Positions 1 through 7,905 of a stretch of DNA of 32,000 nt are shown in pieces; position 1 is the stretch's first letter, and the number at the start of each line of letters is the position of its first letter. The DNA is from Phycisphaera mikurensis NBRC 102666. Lineage in GTDB: Bacteria; Planctomycetota; Phycisphaerae; Phycisphaerales; Phycisphaeraceae. The DNA is taken from NCBI RefSeq assembly GCF_000284115.1, contig NC_017080.1, positions 780,001 through 812,000 on the forward strand, in the 5' to 3' direction. Made by a program: the position numbers and the translations under genes. Under the pieces are notes generated by a model. That model worked only from the letters and a program-made list of their open reading frames with translations. It was not told the DNA's origin and did not search any database.

Positions 1-1305
1 GCCGATGGCGAAGCCCTCCCGCCGGGCAACGGCGGGCTGCGTGGCGGTGCAGAGAACGACGGTGCAGCCGAAGTTGCGGACGAGCTCATCGAGTGCGGCG
101 AGCACCGGCCGCATCAGGCCGGGCGGGATCGCTTGCGCCTCGTCGAGGATCAGGATGGCGTTGGCGAGCCGGTGCAGCTTGCGGCAGGGCGTGCCGTGGC
201 TGGCGAACAGCGACTCGAAGAGCTGCACGTTGGTGGTGACGACCAGCGGGGCCGCCCAGTTCTCGGTGGCGAGCTGGGCGGCGAAAGACACGCCCCCGGG
301 GTCGAGGCTGCTGTGGTGCTCGAGCACGACGGGTTCGCCACGCCGCGCCTCCAGGTCGCGGAAAACCTCCCGGTACCTCTCGGCGGTCTGCTCGATGATG
401 CTTGTGAACGGCAGGGCGCAGACGATGCGCCGCTGGCCGGTGTGGCGGGCGTGGTCGAGCGCGAAACGGAGCGAGGCGAGCGTCTTGCCGCCGCCGGTGG
501 GCACCTCCAACGTGAACCAGCCGGCGCCCTTCTTCGCGGCCGCGCGGCACGCGGCCAGCACGCCGGCCCGGGCGGCATCGACGGGCGACGGATCGCCCGT
601 GCGGCCCGCCAGCAGCTCCGCCATCGACGCATCGAGCGCCGCGGACATCGCTTCCGCGTCGAGGTCCGGTCGCGCGGGCCGCCGGGCGTGCCCCGCGGGG
701 TCGCTGAACCGCTGCGTGCAGAGCCGGTCGGCGTCGACCAGGCAGCTGAAGAGCATCCGTGTGAGGAAGGCGGTGGTGTGGCCGCCGAGCTCCTCCGCTC
801 CGGGCCAGCGGATCGGTCCGACGGCCGCGGCTTGCGCGTCGTCCCAGGGGCTTTCGAAGCCGGGATCGTGCGGCTCGATGCGCTTGCGCTGCGGATCGAG
901 CCGAGCCTCCAGGTCGCGGTCGCGAGCGGCGTCGGTCTGCCAGTCGGGCAGGTGCCCGTGGTGGCCGGCGACCGCGGCGGCGAGGCACGGCCCCAGCACG
1001 GGGCCGAGTTGATCCGCGGCGTAGCGCGCCCCGGCCGTGGCGTGGTCGACGCGTGCCCGGGGCCGCTGTGCCTCGCCCTCGGCTGCCGCCTCGTCGACCC
1101 CCGCTCCCAGCACCTTTTCCTGGAAGGCGAAGGTGGCTTTGCCGAGATCGTGCCAACGCCCGAGCGCATGCGCGAGCGGGCCGCACCCGAACGCTTCGCC
1201 GAATGCCGAAGCCGCGTCCGCGACTTCGCGGAGGTGGGTCGCGAGCGGTTCCCAGTGCTCGCGGCCGGCGGGGTGGGTGTGCGCGTAGAACATGCACCGC
1301 AGCAT
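1..1305 (-). CDS. cas3: CRISPR-associated Cas3 nuclease/helicase, N-terminal 435 aa (HD domain plus start of the DEAH helicase core); continues off the left edge
   Basis: Absent from the ORF track because it has no in-window stop. Reverse translation from ATG 1305 reads MLRCMFYAHTHPAGREHWEPLATHLREV. It continues with LGRWHDLGKATFAFQ (HD motif), VAGHHGHLPD and SCLVDADRL. Walker A is LEVPTGGGKTLASL, followed by LPFTSIIEQT, ILILDEAQAIP (DEAQ at 133-144) and CTATQP. The frame runs exactly to nt 1. Confidence 0.85.
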   Translation of the reverse strand, partial: MLRCMFYAHTHPAGREHWEPLATHLREVADAASAFGEAFGCGPLAHALGRWHDLGKATFAFQEKVLGAGVDEAAAEGEAQRPRARVDHATAGARYAADQLGPVLGPCLAAAVAGHHGHLPDWQTDAARDRDLEARLDPQRKRIEPHDPGFESPWDDAQAAAVGPIRWPGAEELGGHTTAFLTRMLFSCLVDADRLCTQRFSDPAGHARRPARPDLDAEAMSAALDASMAELLAGRTGDPSPVDAARAGVLAACRAAAKKGAGWFTLEVPTGGGKTLASLRFALDHARHTGQRRIVCALPFTSIIEQTAERYREVFRDLEARRGEPVVLEHHSSLDPGGVSFAAQLATENWAAPLVVTTNVQLFESLFASHGTPCRKLHRLANAILILDEAQAIPPGLMRPVLAALDELVRNFGCTVVLCTATQPAVARREGFAIG

Positions 1306-1335
1306 GGCGACCAGGCGGAGCTGCGTCCTCCTCGC

Positions 1336-1444
1336 GCGGGCGGATCCTCCCGCAGTGCAGGGAGCCGCCGACGGCGGACCCTCGGCGGGATCCGCCCGCC
1401 GCGGACCGTGGGGTCTTGGGGCTGGAAACGCTGCCGGTCCGCGG
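1336..1444. repeat. Two adjacent inverted-repeat pairs between the PhyH stop and the cas3 start
   Basis: GCGGGCGGATCC (1336-1347) pairs with GGATCCGCCCGC (1388-1399). CCGCGGACCG (1399-1408) pairs with CGGTCCGCGG (1435-1444). The second pair belongs to the recurring hairpin family listed in findings. Confidence 0.6.
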
Positions 1445-1455
1445 ATTCTGCTCGC

Positions 1456-2370
1456 TCAGGGTTCCTGCTGGATGCCGCTGCCGTCGCCGACGCACTCGGT
1501 GCCGAAGAGGAACTCGCCCTCGCGGCGGGGGCGGCGGCCGCGGACCATGAGGTTGGGGCGCTGGGCCGACTGGCCGCGGGTCTGCCGGTTCAGCGGGTGC
1601 TTGTAGCCGACGCGGACGAGCCGGCGCATGTCGTTCGTGCGGTTCACGTGGCTGCCGTGGACGGTGAGGATGTTGAAGACGACCAGGTCGCCGGCCTTGG
1701 CGGGCACCGGGTCGGTGTCGTCCAGCGAGAAGCGCTCCCAGGGCAGGTGCGGCGTGCAGGGCACGGTCTCGCCGGCGTCGTTGCGGTGCTCGGTGACGTG
1801 CTCCAGCGGCCCGAGCTTGTGCGAGCCGCTGACGAAGCGGATCTCGCCGTTCTCGTGGCGGGTGTCGTCGAGGTGGACGAGCGCGTCGACGTAGCGGGCG
1901 TCGGCGTGGTCGTAGAAGGCGAGGTCTTGGTGCATCGGGAAGGGGTGGCCGGTCTCCGGCGGCTTCACGTGCATCGTGGAGTGGTGCAGCTCGACGGGGG
2001 CGCCGCCGGGCTCGTCGGGGCCGGTGAGCAGCTGCGACATCCGCTCGCCGACGTCGGCCCGCGTGACCGCCCGCATCCACGCCTGGCTGTAGTACTGCAG
2101 GTCGTGCATGACGATCAGCTTGCTCTTCGCCTCGGTGGAGGCGTCCATGATCTTCTGCCGCCACGGGCCGGTCCACCCGCCGGAAAGCTCGGCCCAGTCG
2201 TCGATCATCCAGTCGAGGTCGGTCCGCATCGCGGCGACCTCCGCGGCCGCGTAGACGCCGGGGATGCGGAGCCACCCGTGCTCGTGGTAGAACGCCACCT
2301 GCTCGTCGGTGAGGCGGTCGGTGCCGGAGGCGGCGGGGGGAACCAGGGGTGCGGCGGCGGTGGCGGGCAT
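1456..2370 (-). CDS. Phytanoyl-CoA dioxygenase (PhyH) family Fe(II)/2-oxoglutarate oxygenase
   Basis: 304-aa ORF with normal composition. It has an HxD...H facial-triad pattern (PFPMHQDLAFY and LTVHGSHVNR) and PhyH-like N-terminal wording (LTDEQVAFYHEHGWLRIPGV). Confidence 0.8.
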   Translation of the reverse strand: MPATAAAPLVPPAASGTDRLTDEQVAFYHEHGWLRIPGVYAAAEVAAMRTDLDWMIDDWAELSGGWTGPWRQKIMDASTEAKSKLIVMHDLQYYSQAWMRAVTRADVGERMSQLLTGPDEPGGAPVELHHSTMHVKPPETGHPFPMHQDLAFYDHADARYVDALVHLDDTRHENGEIRFVSGSHKLGPLEHVTEHRNDAGETVPCTPHLPWERFSLDDTDPVPAKAGDLVVFNILTVHGSHVNRTNDMRRLVRVGYKHPLNRQTRGQSAQRPNLMVRGRRPRREGEFLFGTECVGDGSGIQQEP

Positions 2371-2449
2371 GATGGGGATCCGTTCGTGGATTGAAGGGTT
2401 CTTCGGAGGTCGTCGCCCTTCATCATCGCGGACACAAGCGAGAAGCGCC

Positions 2450-3355
2450 GTGGCAAAAGCTCAACGCAGAGTGGTCAAAAAACAACAGACCGAGGCCGCG
2501 CCCCGGCGGGCCGTCCGCGTGGAGGAACCGCCGGGCGTGGCCATCGCCTGCTACACGCCGATGCCGGCGGACGCGTTCGGCACGGGTTACCTCGCGCCAA
2601 CGCACGCGCTGCACCTCTACGAGTACGACGCGACGCTGCGGCTTTGCGGGCGCGAGCTGGCGCTGCGGCGTGGGACGCTCTCGTTCACGCCGGCGGGGGA
2701 AGAGTCGCGGTACCGGGTGCCGCGGGCGGGGCGGCACTGGTGCGTCCACTTCGCGGCGGAGGAGGGGGCGGGCGACGACCGGGGGCGGCTGGACCTGCCG
2801 CTGGTCTGGGACGCCGGGGACCTCGCCGCCGACGCCCGCTCCCGCTTCGAGCGGCTGGTGGCGCTCGCGGCGGACCGGCCGGCGCGCGGGGCGGGGGCGT
2901 TGCTCGAACGCTCGCTGCGGGTGGCCGCGCTGGAGCTGGTCCTGTGGTTCGCACGGGAGTCGAGCGTCGCCGGCCCGCCCGACCGCCGGCGCGTCGCCGA
3001 GGGCGTCGGCGTCCACCCGGCGGTGGCGCGGCTGGTCGCGATCGTCCAGCGCGACCTGCACCGGCCGCTGCGGGCCGCGTCGCTCGCCGCGGAGGTCGGC
3101 ATGAGCCAGAACCACCTCGCGCGGCTCTTTCGGGAGGTCCACGGCTGCACCATCCCGGCGTGGATCCTGCGCCGCCGGATCGAGCTGGCGACGCTGCTGC
3201 TGGCCACGACCGACCTGCCGGTCAAGGCGATCGGGCACCGCGTGGGGCTTCCCGATCCGCAGCACTTCAACAAGCAGTGCCGCCGGCTGACCGGGACGAG
3301 CCCCAGCGCGATCCGACGCCGCGGCGGCGCTGCGGCCGCCTCCGATCGTGGCTGA
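2450..3355 (+). CDS. AraC/XylS-family transcriptional regulator, divergent from the PhyH gene
   Basis: C-terminal double HTH: LAAEVGMSQNHLARLFREVHGCTIPAWILRRRIELATLLLATTDLPVKAIGHRVGLPDPQHFNKQCRRLTGTSPSAIRR. The track start (2309) overlaps the PhyH start. An in-frame GTG at 2450 or 2471 is more likely, so the start is uncertain. Confidence 0.8.
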   Translation: MAKAQRRVVKKQQTEAAPRRAVRVEEPPGVAIACYTPMPADAFGTGYLAPTHALHLYEYDATLRLCGRELALRRGTLSFTPAGEESRYRVPRAGRHWCVHFAAEEGAGDDRGRLDLPLVWDAGDLAADARSRFERLVALAADRPARGAGALLERSLRVAALELVLWFARESSVAGPPDRRRVAEGVGVHPAVARLVAIVQRDLHRPLRAASLAAEVGMSQNHLARLFREVHGCTIPAWILRRRIELATLLLATTDLPVKAIGHRVGLPDPQHFNKQCRRLTGTSPSAIRRRGGAAAASDRG

Positions 3356-3625
3356 GGAGCGACCCCGGGGCGCGCCGTCGCTTTCGCCCCGTCGCCGCCG
3401 AAGAGGACGCGGCCCCGCCTCCCGCTCCGCGGCGGGACCCGCTCCGGGCGGGTGCGGCGTGATACCCTCCCGCGCATCTGCCGCGACGGAACCCCGAGCC
3501 GGGGTCGCGGCGGGGCGTTCACCGTTCCTCTGCGGTCTTGGGCTCCGGACCCCGACCCGCACGATCACCGGGGCATCGCATTGACCAACACCCGTTTCGC
3601 TTCCGCTCCGCACGCCGCCGCGGCC

Positions 3626-4426
3626 ATGGGGAGCGTGCTGGAGGTCGTCGAGCCGCTGACGGTGGCGGGCCACGCCGCCGACGATCTGAAGATCGGTCGG
3701 CTCCTCCACGTCGAGGGCGTGCGGATCGAGGGAGAGGATCCCGAGACCGCCGAGCGGGTCTGGATCAACACCGAGCGTGGCCGGCGGCTCACCTTCGGGC
3801 GGGCGGAGCTGGAGCACCGCGCCCGCGTGCTGCGGGTGGAAGAGCTCGGGGTGGTCGAGCTGGAGCCGGTGGCCGAACCAGCCGAAAGGGCCGGGAGGAG
3901 GAGCCGGGCCGTGGCACAACGCAGGAAACTCGCCCGCCGCCGGGAGGCGATCCACCGGCTCGCTCTCGCCGTCGAAGAGCTGGGCAGGGGCCGCAGGGCG
4001 CGGGCCGGTCGCGTGGGGGCCGCGGCGGCCGGGCAGCCGACGCAAGCCGTGCCGTTCCTGCACCCGGCCACGCCCGCGCACCGGGTGCTCGGCATCCATT
4101 GGCAGACCGCGGAGGCCGACTGGAACGCGGCGCTGACGGAGGAGGTGGACGTGGTCCACGTCCACGCCGATCCCGACCCCGCGGCCCGCGAGAAGGTCCT
4201 GCAACGGGCCCGCGACGTGAAGGAGGCGATGCGGGCCCGCGGCATGCACCGGGTCGATCCGGTCGTGGTGGGGCCGCTGGGCGACGAGAGCGACCTGCTC
4301 TTCACCGCGTGCCTCGCCGCCGGCATCGCCGTCAGCGGCGACGACCACGGGGGCTACACCCGGACGGTCGCGGGTGCGGTGCGGAAGCGCGGCGCCGCCG
4401 GCGCGTTCCGGATCGACCTGCGCTAG
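3626..4426 (+). CDS. Hypothetical protein (266 aa), no recognisable family
   Basis: ATG at 3626 lies inside track ORF 3452..4426. Third-position GC is high and residue composition is balanced (MGSVLEVVEPLTVAGHAADDLKIGRLLHVEGVRIEGEDPE...). The antisense ORF 3565..4326 is Ser/Thr/Arg-rich junk. Confidence 0.6.
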   Translation: MGSVLEVVEPLTVAGHAADDLKIGRLLHVEGVRIEGEDPETAERVWINTERGRRLTFGRAELEHRARVLRVEELGVVELEPVAEPAERAGRRSRAVAQRRKLARRREAIHRLALAVEELGRGRRARAGRVGAAAAGQPTQAVPFLHPATPAHRVLGIHWQTAEADWNAALTEEVDVVHVHADPDPAAREKVLQRARDVKEAMRARGMHRVDPVVVGPLGDESDLLFTACLAAGIAVSGDDHGGYTRTVAGAVRKRGAAGAFRIDLR

Positions 4427-4568
4427 CGGGCCACCGCAACGCCGTCGGGGCGGCGAGCGGGCCCGATCGCGACTCGCTTCGTCGGGCGAGGCTTCCGTCG
4501 GCGACAGCGGCGCGGCTTCCGCTCCCCCCGCGAGCCACGACCTGGTCGCGCTCCCGCCCGACGCGGGG

Positions 4569-6029
4569 TTGCGCGGCGGCCTGATAGGTTCGGGTTGCGT
4601 CGCGATCCTTTGGGGGTTTTTCTTGCTCATCGAACAAGCCCGCCTGGCGGGCGGCGTCTACGGGCTCTCGGGTCGGTTCAGGCCGGGATCCATCCGCGAC
4701 GTCGCGTGGCGGGCGGAGCAGCTCGCGGCCGCTTTGGTGGAGGCCGGCGTGCTCGGGCCGGGGACGGAGGTGGTCATTGCCGGGGTCGGTCCCGCCGGCG
4801 TCGCCGCGACGGGGGCGTGCCTGGCGGCCGGGGCGACCGTGACGGTGGTCAGCGGAGCGAGCGGCCGCCAGTCGATCCTCCAGCGATCGACGCGGCACGT
4901 CTGCCCCACCACCTTCGACCACCCGATGGACCACTGGCAGATCGGCTCGCACCCGCTCCCGGGGCAGGACGCGGCGGTGGCCTGGGCGGCCGGGCCCGCC
5001 GACCGACTTCTCGCGGGCTTCGCCGCCAACCTCAACCGGTGGCTGCGGGAGACGCCACGCTTCCGCGTCGTCGGATCGACGGATTTCGTGGGCTACGAGG
5101 CGGTCGGGGGGGGCGGGGTCGTCGTCTCGTGCTCGGGCGGGCTGACGCTGCGGGCCGACCTGCTGCTGCTCGCGACGGGCATCGGCTTCTCGCGGCGGGG
5201 CGTTCCGGGCAGCTTGTTCCGGAGCCGCGACTACTGGGAGAGCCACGACACCGTGTTCAAGCCGCCGCGGGCCGCGGGCCTGCGGGTGCTGGTTGCCGGC
5301 GGCGGCGACGGGGCGTTGAACGACCTTGTGCGGCTGCTCACCGGGCGGGCGAGCGTCGACACGCTCCTGGAGGAGGTGGACCGGTGCCTGCCGCTCACCC
5401 TGGTCCGCGAGCACGCCGAGCACGCGTGGCGGGAGTTCGCGGCCGGCGGCGACGAGGCCGCCGAGCGGCGACGCCTCCGCGACCGCCAGCGGTGGCTGGA
5501 CGGGCACCTGGACGAGCTCTGGGGCCGGGCGGCGGTGCGGGCCGTGATCGGCGACGCGGCGTTGCCGCTCACCCGGCGCTCTTGCGTGAGGCTGGTGACC
5601 CGCGAGGCCTGGTTCGACGACGCTTACCTCGTGAACCGGCTGCTCGCCGGGCTGCTCCTGCGCTTCCTCGGGGAGGACCTGCCCGGCCGCAACGGCGGCC
5701 TCGTGCCGCTGCTTTGCGGTTGGGAGGTCGCCGGTTGCGTCGGCCTGAACGGTCATGCGTGCGAAGGCGACCGCCACCTTTGCGCCAAGCATCCCCACCG
5801 CGTGCGCTTCCGCCGCTGGCCCGGGGCCGCGCGTCCGGACGCCGACCGGCCCTTCCTGAGCACCCGCGGGGTCGAGGGCGACTACGACCGCGTGCTCCTG
5901 CGGATCGGGGCGGATGCCGCGGCGGGGGCGGGGGCGGGGGCGGACGCGGGGGTCGCCGCCGCCCCGGCCGGGGCCGCGGAGCACCGCCACGTCCCGCCGT
6001 TCTATTCCCGCGGCTTCCGCGACGGCTGA
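4569..6029 (+). CDS. FAD/NAD(P)-binding oxidoreductase with a thioredoxin-reductase-like two-Rossmann layout; function unknown
   Basis: Motifs occur in TrxR-like order: VVIAGVGPAGVAATGACLAAG (~4771-4812), LLLLATGIG, then RVLVAGGGDGALNDLVRLL (~5281-5325). There is no redox CxxC between them. No ATG is available near the start. Candidate starts are TTG 4569, which would add a hydrophobic LIGSGCVAILWGFFLLI segment, or TTG 4623. Confidence 0.6.
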   Translation: MRGGLIGSGCVAILWGFFLLIEQARLAGGVYGLSGRFRPGSIRDVAWRAEQLAAALVEAGVLGPGTEVVIAGVGPAGVAATGACLAAGATVTVVSGASGRQSILQRSTRHVCPTTFDHPMDHWQIGSHPLPGQDAAVAWAAGPADRLLAGFAANLNRWLRETPRFRVVGSTDFVGYEAVGGGGVVVSCSGGLTLRADLLLLATGIGFSRRGVPGSLFRSRDYWESHDTVFKPPRAAGLRVLVAGGGDGALNDLVRLLTGRASVDTLLEEVDRCLPLTLVREHAEHAWREFAAGGDEAAERRRLRDRQRWLDGHLDELWGRAAVRAVIGDAALPLTRRSCVRLVTREAWFDDAYLVNRLLAGLLLRFLGEDLPGRNGGLVPLLCGWEVAGCVGLNGHACEGDRHLCAKHPHRVRFRRWPGAARPDADRPFLSTRGVEGDYDRVLLRIGADAAAGAGAGADAGVAAAPAGAAEHRHVPPFYSRGFRDG

Positions 6030-6108
6030 TCGGCCTCCGGTGGGGGGCGTCGGCTCGCGGCCGACCGATCCGCGGATCCTGCGCCCGCTGGGCCGATCGC
6101 GTCGCCGG

Positions 6109-7314
6109 TCAGCTCGGGTCCGTCGGGGCCCCGCCGGCGACGCGGCCGGTGGGCATGGTGCGGCCGGGGCGCAGGTCGGCGAGGAGCAGGGGGGTTTCGC
6201 CCGTGTAGCCGGCGGCGGCGGCGTCGGCGAAGCCGAGGCGGGCGGCGGCCTCCTCGCTCAGGAGCCCGGCCGCGACGAAGAGCCGGGCGAGGCCGCAGGC
6301 GCGGGCGGCGGTGAGGCCGGCGGCGGCGAGCGGCTCGGCGAGGTCGGCCTCCGCGAAGGGAGCCAGAACGCGGAGGCCGGCGAGGCGGCCGAGGCCGCGC
6401 GTGGCGACGCCCACGAGCCCGGCTTCCTCGAGCGTCAGCTCCCCGACTTTTGCGCCCGAGGCCTCGGCCACGAGGCGGGCCAGGCGCACGCCGCCGCTCT
6501 CGTCGGGCTCCTCGCGGACCGTGACGATCTTCGCCCCCGGGGCCCCGCGGTCCGCGGCGCCGCCGCCGCCGAGCAGGTCGGGGCGGTTGCGTCGCGTGGT
6601 GGCGAGGGCCTCGGCGGCCCGCCAGGCCTCGATTCTGCCATGATCCCCGGACCGCAGCACGGCCGGCGCCTCGCGGCCGTCCCAGACCGGCGGCTTGGTG
6701 AAGTGCGGGTGGTCGAGCAGGCGGTCCGCCCCGGCGGCGAAGCTGTCGTCGCGGGCCGAGTCGGCGTGGCCGAGCACGCCGGGCAGCAGGCGGACGACCG
6801 CGTCGATGAGCGTCATCGCCGCGAGCTCGCCGCCGGAGAGCACGAAGTCGCCGAGGCTGATCTCGTCGAGCCCGGCCGGCTCGTCCCGCATGCGGGCGAG
6901 CACCCGCTCGTCGATGCCCTCGTAGTGGCCGCACAGCAGCAGCAGCCGCGGCTTCCCGGCCAGCCGCTCCGCCACCGCCGCCGTGAGCGGCCGGCCCTTG
7001 GGCGTGAGGAACACCCGGTGCGGCGGCCGCGGGTCCTCGGCCGTCGCCGCCTGCACCGCCCGCCACACCGGCTCGCACCGCATCACCATCCCCGGTCCGC
7101 CGCCGTAGGGCGGCGCGTCCACCTTGTGGTGCTTCGGGTCCTCCGAGAACGCCCGCAGCGCGTGCAGGTGGTACGACGCGACCGCCGGCCGGTCCCGCGA
7201 CCGGTCGTCCGGCGCCGCCGGATCCGCCACGTCCCGCGCCGCCCGCGCGAGGATCGAGTGCCCGAGCACGCTCTCGAACATCTCCGGGAACAGCGTGACG
7301 ACGTCGATGCGCAT
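6109..7314 (-). CDS. trmD: tRNA (guanine37-N1)-methyltransferase TrmD with a ~150-aa C-terminal extension
   Basis: MRIDVVTLFPEMF..., PPYGGGPGMVM, LLLCGHYEGIDERV, ISLGDFVLSGGELAAM and RSGDHGRIEAWR. The start is ATG 7314 inside track ORF 6109..8397. The core ends near RRNRPDLL (aa ~248), but the frame stays open to 6109. Confidence 0.9.
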   Translation of the reverse strand: MRIDVVTLFPEMFESVLGHSILARAARDVADPAAPDDRSRDRPAVASYHLHALRAFSEDPKHHKVDAPPYGGGPGMVMRCEPVWRAVQAATAEDPRPPHRVFLTPKGRPLTAAVAERLAGKPRLLLLCGHYEGIDERVLARMRDEPAGLDEISLGDFVLSGGELAAMTLIDAVVRLLPGVLGHADSARDDSFAAGADRLLDHPHFTKPPVWDGREAPAVLRSGDHGRIEAWRAAEALATTRRNRPDLLGGGGAADRGAPGAKIVTVREEPDESGGVRLARLVAEASGAKVGELTLEEAGLVGVATRGLGRLAGLRVLAPFAEADLAEPLAAAGLTAARACGLARLFVAAGLLSEEAAARLGFADAAAAGYTGETPLLLADLRPGRTMPTGRVAGGAPTDPS

Positions 7315-7400
7315 GGGCGAAAGCGGAGCGGACCCGCTGCTCGTCTCCGTCTTCCGGTTCTCTCGCCTCCGCGTCTCTTGGGCGGCCGGGCCGCTGCCCA

Positions 7401-7676
7401 TCAACCCTTCACGAGCTTCCGCGTCTTCTTGTCCAGCACGCCTTCGCGCACGAGCAGGTCGGAGACGGTCTCGGAGGGCTGGGCGCCGGTGCCGACCCAG
7501 TGGCGGATCCGCTCGACGTCCAGCGAGGTCTGCTTCTCGGGGTCCTGCTGGGTGGGGTCGTACCAGCCGAGCTCCTCGATGGCGGCGCCGTCCCGCGGGG
7601 CCCGCTGGTCGATGGCGCAGAGGCGGTAGAAGGGCTTGTGGGTGCGGCCGAAGCGCTTGAAACGGAGGCGGACCAT
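7401..7676 (-). CDS. rpsP: 30S ribosomal protein S16
   Basis: MVRLRFKRFGRTHKPFYRLCAIDQRAPRDGAAIEELGWYDP... (91 aa) from ATG 7676, inside track ORF 7401..7811. Confidence 0.95.
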   Translation of the reverse strand: MVRLRFKRFGRTHKPFYRLCAIDQRAPRDGAAIEELGWYDPTQQDPEKQTSLDVERIRHWVGTGAQPSETVSDLLVREGVLDKKTRKLVKG

Positions 7677-7905
7677 GGCGAGAATCTTCTTTCCGGGGGG
7701 CGGCTTGCGCCGTGACGGGGGTGTCTTCCGCGGGGGCACGTCGCCGGCGCGGGGAGGAAGGATAGTGACTCCGCGAGCGGGGGGCTCCCGGGGCGCCACG
7801 CGCCCCCGCAAGCCGTGGGTGGCTGCGGACTAACCTCGATCGCGATCGCGGCCGCAGCGGCCGCGTCCTCCCCGCGCCATCCTTCTCGAAACGACGCCAC
7901 GACCG

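Noticed and set aside
5-2394. Long overlapping track ORFs 5..1012(+), 86..2275(-), 133..2394(+) and 150..1169(-)
   Set aside because: Their translations are Arg/Pro/Ala/Gly-rich with no motifs, typical of wrong-frame reading in very GC-rich DNA. The region is explained by cas3 (minus strand, a different frame, off-edge) and the PhyH gene.
2423-7629. Track ORFs 2423..4630(-), 3538..4584(+), 4332..5990(-), 4595..6208(+), 5914..7629(+) and 6002..7078(-)
   Set aside because: They have the same low-complexity Arg/Pro/Gly composition and lie antisense or out of frame to genes with clear motifs (AraC, flavoprotein, TrmD).
7838-7849. GATCGCGATCGC (contains the cyanobacterial HIP1 octamer GCGATCGC)
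   Set aside because: I saw only this one occurrence, so there is no evidence of an iterated palindrome family here.
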